Below, piece by piece: positions 17,267 through 26,100 of a DNA stretch of 32,000 bases (positions within the stretch are counted from its first letter, which is position 1; every line of letters starts with the position of its first letter). The notes below the pieces were generated by a model. That model was not told the origin of the DNA. It was given only the letters and a program-made list of their open reading frames with translations, and did no database searches. The DNA lies in contig NC_002939.5 of NCBI RefSeq assembly GCF_000007985.2, forward strand, positions 2,010,001 to 2,042,000, in the 5' to 3' direction. Both the position numbers and the translations under genes were made by a program. Source of the DNA: Geobacter sulfurreducens PCA (GTDB lineage: Bacteria; Desulfobacterota; Desulfuromonadia; Geobacterales; Geobacteraceae).

Positions 17267-18487
17267 TTATATTCTTTTAACTACTCTTGACTTTATCCTG
17301 TTCCATACAACAAGCTCGTTACTTGGTAGTTTCGATAGCATATGCATAATTATTACTGATAGGATACCAAAGCCAAATGTTATAACTGTGGACATAGCAA
17401 CTATCATACTACGTTTTGGCTTAGATTTTTTGTCAGGAACCCGTGCAGTTTGGATTATTTGTACATAATATGAATCCTTAAGTTCGCCGAGTTTTGCTGA
17501 CTCAAATTGTTTTGTAAGTAAATCTACAATCGCTTCTTGGACTTTAAATTCTCGCATAAGGCGAAAATACTGTTGTCCTAACTCAGGAATCAACCCCATA
17601 TTCGGGATAGCACCTCCGGCTTCACGACTTTCAATTCGAGATATTTGATTCCTCAGTCCATTAATGGTTGATTTAACGTTTTTTACCTCTAGACTATCTT
17701 CAGTAAATTGTTTTCTAAGATTTGATAATTGAATTTCTTGGGCGATCAACTGAGCATTCAGTTGAGCAATATTAGAAATTGCTGCTTGTGCCTGATCAGC
17801 TACTGACACGACTTTATATTTTGTCTGAAATTGCTTTAGATTGTCTTCCGATCGAGCTAAATCAACTTTTGCCTTAGCAAGTCTCTCTTCGTAAAATACT
17901 CTATTTTGCGCTGACTCCTTCGAATTTAGTTGAACTAAAAGATTACTCAGTTCATTTACATAAGCATTAGCAATATTGGCAGCTCGCTGCGGATCTTCGT
18001 CCTCAACAGATATTGTAATTATACCATCCTTCTTACCAGCAAGAATATCAATATTATTATCAAGTACTTTGTATGCATCAATGCGGTATTTCTCGTTGTA
18101 TACCTTCATTAAATTGAATTTATCAATAATCTTATCACTTATAGCCTCACTTGTCATAATACTAACGTACATATCTGCAGGATTCGCTTTACCCAGCAGA
18201 TCTGTCGCCAATGGTCCTACACCACCAAAAGAACCTGCTTGCCCTAACATAAGACCTAGCAATCCAGAATCTTGCTGTGGCGGAAGAATGCGCGTTGTTG
18301 CTTTGTAGACATTTGGCAAACTAATACTAATAACCAATGACAAAACAAATGCCAAAACGGTCAATATTGTTATCAGCTTCCAGCCACATAAAACAACCTC
18401 TAGGTATTCTAGAATGCAAATTCTCTCAGCTTCAAAATTGTTGCTGCTATCGTTAGCGTTACAACATTCATTTTGTAGATTAGCCAT
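17267..18487 (-). CDS. Polysaccharide co-polymerase / chain-length determinant (Wzz/GumC-type PCP, no kinase domain)
   Basis: ORF track, 406 aa; GAGGA upstream. N-terminal TM helix WKLITILTVLAFVLSLVISISL followed by PNVYKATTRILPPQQ. Long coiled-coil region and a C-terminal TM helix MIVAMSTVITFGFGILSVIIMHML. No Walker motifs. Confidence 0.8.
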   Translation of the reverse strand: MANLQNECCNANDSSNNFEAERICILEYLEVVLCGWKLITILTVLAFVLSLVISISLPNVYKATTRILPPQQDSGLLGLMLGQAGSFGGVGPLATDLLGKANPADMYVSIMTSEAISDKIIDKFNLMKVYNEKYRIDAYKVLDNNIDILAGKKDGIITISVEDEDPQRAANIANAYVNELSNLLVQLNSKESAQNRVFYEERLAKAKVDLARSEDNLKQFQTKYKVVSVADQAQAAISNIAQLNAQLIAQEIQLSNLRKQFTEDSLEVKNVKSTINGLRNQISRIESREAGGAIPNMGLIPELGQQYFRLMREFKVQEAIVDLLTKQFESAKLGELKDSYYVQIIQTARVPDKKSKPKRSMIVAMSTVITFGFGILSVIIMHMLSKLPSNELVVWNRIKSRVVKRI

Positions 18488-18585
18488 AGTATCCTCGCAA
18501 TTTTGACCAACTCTATTAGATCACTACAACATTGGCCCAAAAGGAATCACAACCAAAAGCCAGCATCATCTTTTACATCCATGCT

Positions 18586-19912
18586 CACTAGTGTCCCAAC
18601 GTTGGTCGCCGGCATCGGCGTAACTCCTTGTGCTGGTTGAAATAAAACGAGCTTATGGCATTTAACCGACTTGAAATTTTCCCAGAAACCCCCGGCACTC
18701 TCGTGCAGCAAAGTACGGGAGGTGTTGCCATGTATCCCGGGAAGCTCGTTTTCTCTCAGATAATGGAGCATCTTCCGCTCCATGTCTTCCATCAATGCGT
18801 CGAGCGATACCGCGGCAACTTCAAGGTCAAGGACTTCACTTGTCTCGACCACTACCTCTGCATGGCGTTTGCTCAACTCACCTACCGGGAAAGCCTGCGG
18901 GATATCGAAGCCTGTCTGCGAGCGCAGAAGAGCAAGCTTTACCACATGGGAATCCGCAGCTCCATTTCCCGCAACGCCATCGCCAATGCCAACAAGATCA
19001 GGGATTGGCGGATTTACGCCGACTTCGCATACTCTCTGATCCAGACAGCCCGAAAGCTTTATGCCGGCGACAGCCTCGCTCTCGATCTCGACAACACCGT
19101 CTACGCTTTGGATGCCACAACGATCAATCTGTGTCTTTCAATGTTTCCCTGGGCAGAGTTCAGAACGACAAAGGCTGCGGTGAAACTGCATACCCTGCTC
19201 GATCTGCGTGGCAACATCCCGAGCTTCATCTACATTTCCGATGGCAGGCTCCACGAGGTCAACACCCTCGACCTCGTCCCGCTGGAGCCAGGGGCATTTT
19301 ACGTCATGGATCGGGGATACCTCGACTTCCAGCGGTTGTACCCTTTCCACCATTTCCGGGCCTTCTTTGTCATTCGTGCAAAGTCGAACCTGAAATTCCG
19401 GCGCGTTTATTCCGGACCAACGGATCGTTCAACGGGAATCATGTGCGATCAGACGATTCTGCTTACCGGCGTCAATTCGGCGAAGCATTACCCGGAAAAG
19501 CTCCGCAGGGTGAAGTATTACGATGCCGAAAACGACAGAACGCTCGTTTTTCTGACCAATAATTTCGATCTGCCGGCCCTGACCAGAGCCCAACTCTACC
19601 GAAACAGATGGCAGGTCGAGCTGTTCTTCAAGTGAATCAAGCAGAACCTGAGGATCAAGTCCTTTTACGGAACCTCCGAAAACGCGGTAAAGACTCAAAT
19701 CTGGATTGCTGTCTCCGTGTATCTGCTCGTTGCTATCATGAAGAAAAGGCTGAAAACCAACGCCAGTATCTACACAATTCTACAGGTCCTGAGCGTAACG
19801 GTTTTTGAGATAATATTAGAATTACAAGTACTTACAGAGTCGGATTGCGAAAACGATCCGGAATAACAGCTAACCAGCTGGTTTTATTCAACTAAACGTT
19901 GGGACACTAGTG
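18586..19912 (+). mobile_element. IS4-family insertion sequence with a defective transposase
   Basis: Perfect 18-bp terminal inverted repeats CACTAGTGTCCCAACGTT (18586-18603) and AACGTTGGGACACTAGTG (19895-19912) enclose one DDE transposase frame. The element is visibly more GC-rich than the surrounding cassette. I see no flanking direct repeat (left flank ...CCATGCT, right flank GTACGTG...). Confidence 0.85.
18655..19866 (+). pseudogene. IS4-family DDE transposase (DUF4372-like N-terminus + DDE_Tnp_1) with an in-frame TGA at 19633-19635
   Basis: ORF track 18655..19635, 326 aa; the likely true start is MYPGKLVFSQ at 18730. The same frame continues for 76 codons after the TGA to TAA 19864-19866 (IKQNLRIKSFYGTSENAVKTQIWIAVSVYLLVAIMKKRL...). 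As I recall related transposases, this motif reads ELFFKWIKQ, so the TGA replaces a TGG (Trp). Confidence 0.8.
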
Positions 19913-20024
19913 GTACGTGCTAACTTATACAATAAGATGGAGAACAAGCAGTATCGATAATATTTAAATTATTCTGACAAGTAAACCTACACAGCTAGTC
20001 ATAGTCGCAACTAATTAGCAAACA

Positions 20025-20729
20025 TCATATATTCGTACTATTATTGATCGCTATGAATGACTTAGGCAACATCATAAATCTTTCTGTAATTATATTTGCC
20101 TCGTGATACAGCTCTTTAAACATAAGTTTATTCAGCAATCTTGCACTTTCTACTATTCTAACAGCTTGATCAACTGATCTGGCCTTACTCCAATGCCCTA
20201 AGCTAAATGACATAACCAATCTAATTCGAACAGGCTTTGGTAGCCAATGGAAGAACGGAATCATACAATGTGGTTCAATTGGAAACCAGTAGTTGGGCGT
20301 CTGCACAAACTGCCTTTCTGATACTCTGCATAACTCACTACTAAATTTAACCATGTTGTCCCAGTCGCCAACATGTTCAAGAACAGAGTTTGAGTGCCCA
20401 ATATGATATGATTTATCCCTAAACGTTTCAAGATTACAGCCATTTGCTTGTACAAATTCAAATATCTCACTATTAATTGAAACAGCGGTGCCAGGCAAAT
20501 TAACCAATGTTATTTTTACATTGTATTTTAACATCCATTGTTTAGACACAATGTTCCAATAGTTACATGTGCCACCAACGTCAATTATTTTAACTTCACC
20601 GTGAATATTGTATACAGCTTTAATCATCTGCAATAGAGGAATTATTCGCTTTGATCGAAATCTAGATCCAGCGGAAGCAGTATCATCATAGTTTGTTATA
20701 AATCTAGTAACTTTTTGCAGGATAGACAC
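20025..20729 (-). CDS. Class I SAM-dependent methyltransferase
   Basis: ORF track, 234 aa (GTG start, GGAGGAA 5 nt upstream). KIIDVGGTCNYW (motif I-like) and HIGHSNSVLEHVGDWDNM. Typical of methyltransferases found in LPS/EPS loci. Confidence 0.65.
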   Translation of the reverse strand: MSILQKVTRFITNYDDTASAGSRFRSKRIIPLLQMIKAVYNIHGEVKIIDVGGTCNYWNIVSKQWMLKYNVKITLVNLPGTAVSINSEIFEFVQANGCNLETFRDKSYHIGHSNSVLEHVGDWDNMVKFSSELCRVSERQFVQTPNYWFPIEPHCMIPFFHWLPKPVRIRLVMSFSLGHWSKARSVDQAVRIVESARLLNKLMFKELYHEANIITERFMMLPKSFIAINNSTNI

Positions 20730-21218
20730 CGTATTCCTCCATCACTTAATTCTTTTGAACTATTTTTACCATTCTCCAGGACACCCTGTCACCATAGTTC
20801 TGGCTCAGTATTGTGCCAGAGGGCTCTACTTTTAGCATATCTTCGATTTGGGGAAGTTTACGGATCAACTCGCCGCCACCCGTGGGTTGCTAAACCATTG
20901 CCGTCGATAACGGCCCGTAATTCACCAGCAGAGCGATGGATGAGTGGGTACAAATAACGTAAGGCCACGGTTCATTCAGCCAGAAAAAAGTCCAGAACAC
21001 ATTTATCCAAAGTTTCAAACCAAGCCGAGTGATGAGAACATATTTATCGGTCTGCATGTCGCGAGGCAGAAATAGAATCTAGCAGGGTTTATAACTCAAG
21101 CAGACCACACAGTTCCCCGACCAATTGAACGCCAGATGAACTTGCTGGCACATCCCTCAACCGCTAAAATACTAATATTTAGTGGTTGGATAAAGAGGCA
21201 AGGTAAGACGCCAAACAT

Positions 21219-21246
21219 GAAAAAGGGCTAACCTAAGTTAGCCCTT
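21219..21246 (-). terminator. Rho-independent terminator after the 234-aa gene
   Basis: The minus strand reads AAGGGCTAAC-TTAG-GTTAGCCCTT followed by TTTTT: a 9-bp stem (21224-21232 / 21237-21245), 25 nt downstream of the stop at 21271. Confidence 0.8.
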
Positions 21247-21270
21247 ATGACAACAAATGTAGGAAACTAA

Positions 21271-21975
21271 TTAATATAAAGCTCTCCAGGCATAATTTTC
21301 TGTTGCATCCTTAGAGCAAACTTCCAAAGTATCTGCAGCTCCAGTATTTGCCCTGGTGAACCAAATCGTCCCTCTTACATTTGCATCACATGCTGGCTTC
21401 ACCGCAGTGGTATTGAGTTTAACACCACCTGCCACTTCAAGGCGCTGAGTAGGAGCAAAGGATCCTATACCGACATTACCAGCACTGGTAATCCGAACTC
21501 GTTCTGACATGTTAACAGAGTTTTCTGGTGCCGTCAGAAATGATATATAACTTGGAATTGATGTAGTTGTCCAAGTCTTTTCGGCAGCAAAGTTCAAGCC
21601 GGAGCCAATCAGCTTTCCCGCGCCATTTGCTGCGCCGAACAAGAAATACCCAAGGCGGTTATTAGCTAAAGGTAAAGCATTATTATCGCCATTGTATAAC
21701 CCGATAAAGCCACCTCCAGCATATCTACTATCCACACCAGCGTTAATGCCGTTCCAGTGAGCTACTATTTGAGTAGAAACATACGTGTTACCCTTGGCGT
21801 GGAATGCTGCAGCCGGTGCATTAGTACCAGAACCAACAAGCCCTCCATCCGTCACCACAAACATATCAGTAGTACCTGTGGCATTCTTCACAATCAACTT
21901 ATTCGCCGCCTGGGCCATCACCGGCATAAGTGCTACAACTGAAGCCGCAACCGCCAACATAACCTTTCTCTTCAT
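21271..21975 (-). CDS. Secreted 234-aa Gly/Asn/Thr-rich protein with a tail-fibre-like motif and a C-terminal Cys pair; function unknown
   Basis: ORF track. AAGGAG upstream; signal peptide MKRKVMLAVAASVVALMPVMAQA. ERVRITSAGNVGIGSFAPTQRLEVAGGVKL motif. C-terminal KPACDANVRGTIWF...LEVCSKDATENYAWRALY. Confidence 0.7.
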   Translation of the reverse strand: MKRKVMLAVAASVVALMPVMAQAANKLIVKNATGTTDMFVVTDGGLVGSGTNAPAAAFHAKGNTYVSTQIVAHWNGINAGVDSRYAGGGFIGLYNGDNNALPLANNRLGYFLFGAANGAGKLIGSGLNFAAEKTWTTTSIPSYISFLTAPENSVNMSERVRITSAGNVGIGSFAPTQRLEVAGGVKLNTTAVKPACDANVRGTIWFTRANTGAADTLEVCSKDATENYAWRALY

Positions 21976-22025
21976 GTGATGCTCCTTTCCCCGCGAGGAT
22001 CTTTGCTAAAATAGCAAAATGAGGT

Positions 22026-22991
22026 TTAGTTTACAACGATATTTTGAGCAATTAATGTGCCAGCCGCCACCGTGATCGTGCCAACCGTGGTCGTCAGGGT
22101 CGTACTGGGGGTATAATCTCCGTTGTAACCTCCCTTCAGTGTTATGGTCTTGTTGGTGTTCATGGTCAGAGCTCCAAGGGAGGCGGAAGTAGTTGCCATG
22201 GCCTCCAGTACGGCTCCGGTTGTTGCAGTGTTGTAAGCATCTTGTACAGTGTCAAAATAAGATGTAGTTCCCGCTATCCGTATGGCTTGGTATTTGGCGA
22301 ATTCCGCGCCAACGGTTGCCCCGGCAGCCAGCGAAGATATCACGCAGTTACCCGTTCCGGTGCAGGACCCGGTCCATGCCTTGAAATAGGAGTCGGAACT
22401 GGGGGTAGGCATCAATGTAACCTGACTGTTCGCGTCGAATCCATACAGGCAGGGGCCGCTCGTGCAGGTTAAGCCTGCAGGGTTGCTCGTTACCGTCCCG
22501 CTTCCCGCGCCGCTGACCGTTACCGTGACGGGATACTGGGTGACGCCGGTATCGGTGAGGTAGCGCGTTGCCAGCACAAATGAAGAAAGTGACGTGCTGA
22601 GCGGCAGGATGTTAACGTCGTAGATGCCCATGCCTGCATTCTGATCCAGTCCAAGCGAAAAGGCAGGATATTGGTCATTCGCTACCGTGTACTCGAACTC
22701 AAAAAGCGGCAAAGATGTGGTGTTGATCCCGCTGATGACCTCGGCCCAGAAAAATGAAATGGTATTGGCATCTGTAACGGTAGTCTCAACAAGATTGGGG
22801 GAAGCTGCCTGGTTGAGAAGGGTAGTGCTAAGGTAACTCGTGCCCGCTGGGTTGTTGACAAGAAAGCTGATCGACCCAACGCCCGTAAACGACGGAGTGA
22901 GACCTACCGTAACAAAGGCTTTGCTCACGACTGCTTCTGCATCTCGATCCATGGGCATGGCAACCAGTATCCCGGCCGCCAGGAGAATCAT
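22026..22991 (-). CDS. Secreted ~321-aa protein: unassigned N-terminal domain + InlB B-repeat-like Cys module + shared C-terminal tail
   Basis: ORF track 22026..23054 begins at TTG. The in-frame ATG at 22991 (MILLAAGILVAMPMDRDAEA, signal peptide) or the GTG at 22997 is the more plausible start. B-repeat-like segment VSGAGSGTVTSNPAGLTCTSGPCLYGF...FKAWTGSCTGTGNC. Confidence 0.75.
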   Translation of the reverse strand: MILLAAGILVAMPMDRDAEAVVSKAFVTVGLTPSFTGVGSISFLVNNPAGTSYLSTTLLNQAASPNLVETTVTDANTISFFWAEVISGINTTSLPLFEFEYTVANDQYPAFSLGLDQNAGMGIYDVNILPLSTSLSSFVLATRYLTDTGVTQYPVTVTVSGAGSGTVTSNPAGLTCTSGPCLYGFDANSQVTLMPTPSSDSYFKAWTGSCTGTGNCVISSLAAGATVGAEFAKYQAIRIAGTTSYFDTVQDAYNTATTGAVLEAMATTSASLGALTMNTNKTITLKGGYNGDYTPSTTLTTTVGTITVAAGTLIAQNIVVN

Positions 22992-23158
22992 TCTCACCTT
23001 CTTTGGTGCCCCTGCTACGCTGAAACTGCATGCTAGTTCTCCTTGCACACGCAAAAAAACGTGTGCGGTAGGTGACCTGTAAAAACTTGATATACCACAC
23101 TTTACACAATTCGCGAGGCAAACCGCAAATTATAATTTTGTAACACGTAACATACAGG

Positions 23159-26100
23159 TTACTGAAGCGCTACATTGCTGAATGTAACGCTACCGAGCGA
23201 TACCGTGAGTCCGCCGAGTAGCTTGGTGTAGCCGGCAGTCGGTGTGAACGAGGCGTCGTATCCGCCGCTAAGCAGTATCGCAACGTTACGGTTAAAGTTA
23301 AAGGGTCCGGTAAAGTCCAGGGCCCTCGCCATGATGGTGTCGCCCGTTACGGCGGCGGCATATGCATCGGCAAGAGAGGCGAAGGTTGTTTCCGTCATGC
23401 CGTTGATGAGCTTGAGATTGGGCGTGACGGAGAAGGTTGCAGTGACTGCCTTGTCGGCGTCCATGGTCACGCTGCAGTCTCCGGCACTGGCCGTACATGC
23501 GCCACTCCAGCCGCTGAAAATCGATCCGGAATTGTCGGGCGTAGCCGTGAGGGTTACGGTTATCCCCTTATCGAAGTCAGCGGAGCAGTTGGTTGCTGAC
23601 CCGCTTTGGCAGGCGATTCTGGAATCAGGAGAAACGCTGGTGACGGTTCCATTGCCGGTGCCCGTAGTCGTAACGGCAAGGGTTTGGAGAACCGTGAAGA
23701 GCCCGGATCCCGCATCGCCGCCAAGGGTGTTGACAACGAATGCCCCGGTAGAGGCTCCGGCAGGGACGGTGACGGTGATCTGGGTTGCCGAGTTGACGAC
23801 AAAGGACGCGTTCTGGCCTGCGAGAGTGACGGACTGGGTTGTTTCGAAATTGCTGCCGGTGATGGTTACGGTACTTCCCGCTTTACCGGACTGGGGGGAG
23901 ATGCCGGAAACCGAGGGCATGCTGGGCGCCCCGAAAACCGCCCCCTCGCCCACGGCAAAGGGTCTCACGCGGAAACTTGTTGTATAGAACGTCCAGCCGG
24001 TCTTGGATGCGCCGAGAGTGACCCAGTCATTGGGCTCTAGATTGGGAATGACGATGAGGCCGTTATTGGCAGAGGTCGAGGTCCCACCAAAGGTAATGCC
24101 GTCTGATGAGTAGTATGCCGTGTAGGTTTTGCCCATGCCGCTTTGGATCGAAGCTACGGCGCCGCCTATCGGGTTGCCGCTCTGGTCTACGACGCGGGCC
24201 GTAATCACCCCTTTGCCGGCGTAGACACCCCAGCTATTCACTTCGGCCTGAGTGAAGAGAAGAAACGGTGCAGTGGTAGTAATGGCAGAGCCGCCGTTGA
24301 TGACGGCGGAGACGGCGGGCAAATAGCCTGTCTTCTCTGCCACGAGGTCATAGGTGCCGTTGGCGGGAAGTCCGCCGAGCGAGAAGGAGCCGGTCCCGAC
24401 CTGGCTGGTTGTCGTGACTGACGGGTTGCCCCCTAGGCTGACGGCAACACCACCCAGAGGAGTGCTTGCGGAATTCACGACCAGCCCTGCAAAGGATCCG
24501 GCTGTTCCGACGCTGAAGCTGCTGGTACTTTCCGCAGAACCGACGCCGCTGGATGTCACCTGAATAGTGCCGGTGGTCACTCCGGATGGAACCGTAACAG
24601 TCAATCTGCTCGCAGTGGCATTGGTTACGGTTGCCGCAACCCTTCCCATGCTGCCGGCAAACGTAACGACGTTATTAGCAGGCGTGGTGCTGAAGTTGAG
24701 TCCGTCAATGTACACGGTTGTGCCGGTATTGCCTCCGGCGGGGTTGAATCCGTTGATAGCCGGTCCGGTGACCGGGGTGAAAACGGTCTGGCGGAACGCG
24801 GCGTTGCCGGCTGCGTCCCTTACGCTGACGCTCCACTGACATGTCTTGTTTGCTTCAAGAGGGCCGAACGCCTCATTGTTCTGGTTGTAGGTGACCGAGG
24901 TAGTCGTGGACGGCAGGTCCTCGATATACCATATCTGGTTGTAGTTTGTGGCGTCGCTGACTTGAACGGTATAGGTGTAGGAGGCTGGAGGAGACGAGGG
25001 GGCTGCCCATGAGAAGAGTTGGTTCTGATTAAATTGAATATTGCCTGTCGGCGCCAGGTTGGTGGCAAAGGCGTCCAGAACCGTTGAAATGGTGACGGTG
25101 GTCGGGGTCGGAGAACTGTCTCCCTCGTAAGTGATGTCAAGATTGTACTGACTGCCGGGGGTCGGCCGCGTGGAGTTGATAAACACCCATGACGAGAATC
25201 CCCAATCATTAAGCCCAATATCGATGGGCACGGCTATATTCGGGCCGGAGGTGACCACCACGGTGACCGGCTTCTTGCGCATGCCGTCAATTGCGAAATT
25301 AAGGCTGTAATTGTCGAAATATCCCCATTGGGAGTTGCCGGTCCAGTGGTTCGTCATGATGGAAGCAAGAGAATCGACAGCCGTCATGGTGGCCGAAACG
25401 CCGGTCACGTTCTGGCCATTCACAACAACATGGGTTGTGTTGAATTCACCGAAAACCACGTCCCCGAAGTCCTCAGTCCCGTTGTTGTTCATGTCCAGAA
25501 AGGCAAAGAGGAAGTAGGTGCCGTCCTCGACACCGGTGATGGTGAAGGCTTGCGGGGATGATGGATTTGATATGGCAGCTGCGGCAACCTTCGGCGGATC
25601 GCCTGACTCATCCACCACAGCCACGTAGAGGGGACCGCTGGGGGTGACGCCGTTGATGGTGATGGTTCCGCTTACGCTTCGGGATCCCTGCTTCGGCATG
25701 ACGGGCATCCAGGAGGAGGTGACTGATGCCTGGCCAGACGCATGGGCAGTGACCCGATAACAGCTTGTAGCCTGCCCCGCGCTGTCTGCCCAGGCACCCT
25801 GATCACGGTTCTTGATCCCGGTCTTCACGGTTGTTATGTTGGTGAGACTGGCGCATATGGCAGGATTTGCACTCCCGTTCGTTGCCCGTTCAACATCGAA
25901 CGTTTCAGCCACGGGATATTCCCGGTTGTACTGTTCGGAATAATAAAAATCGCTGTCCAGCATGAGAAACACCGCGCCGTTTGCCGCCAGTGGCGTGGCC
26001 AGGGGGCTGTATTCCCCGCTGAAGGGCACACTGGGATTGGCGAGCGTAATGGTCCCGACATTATACGTTGTGTCGCTGGTGACCTGGACAGAAGAGGAGA

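Noticed and set aside
18547-18945. A 132-aa minus-strand ORF spanning the left IS4 end
   Set aside because: It crosses the IS terminal inverted repeat and is antisense to the conserved transposase N-terminus. It has no motifs.
20715-20957. An 80-aa plus-strand ORF in the methyltransferase upstream region
   Set aside because: It has no RBS or motifs and overlaps the methyltransferase start. The minus strand of this stretch looks more gene-like (see the remnant finding).
23046-23070. Hairpin GCACACG-TTTTTTTG-CGTGTGC between the 1081-aa and 342-aa genes, considered as a terminator
   Set aside because: The T-run is in the loop, not after the stem. The hairpin partly overlaps the possible 5-prime extension of the 342-aa ORF. 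It is probably only a 5-prime UTR structure.
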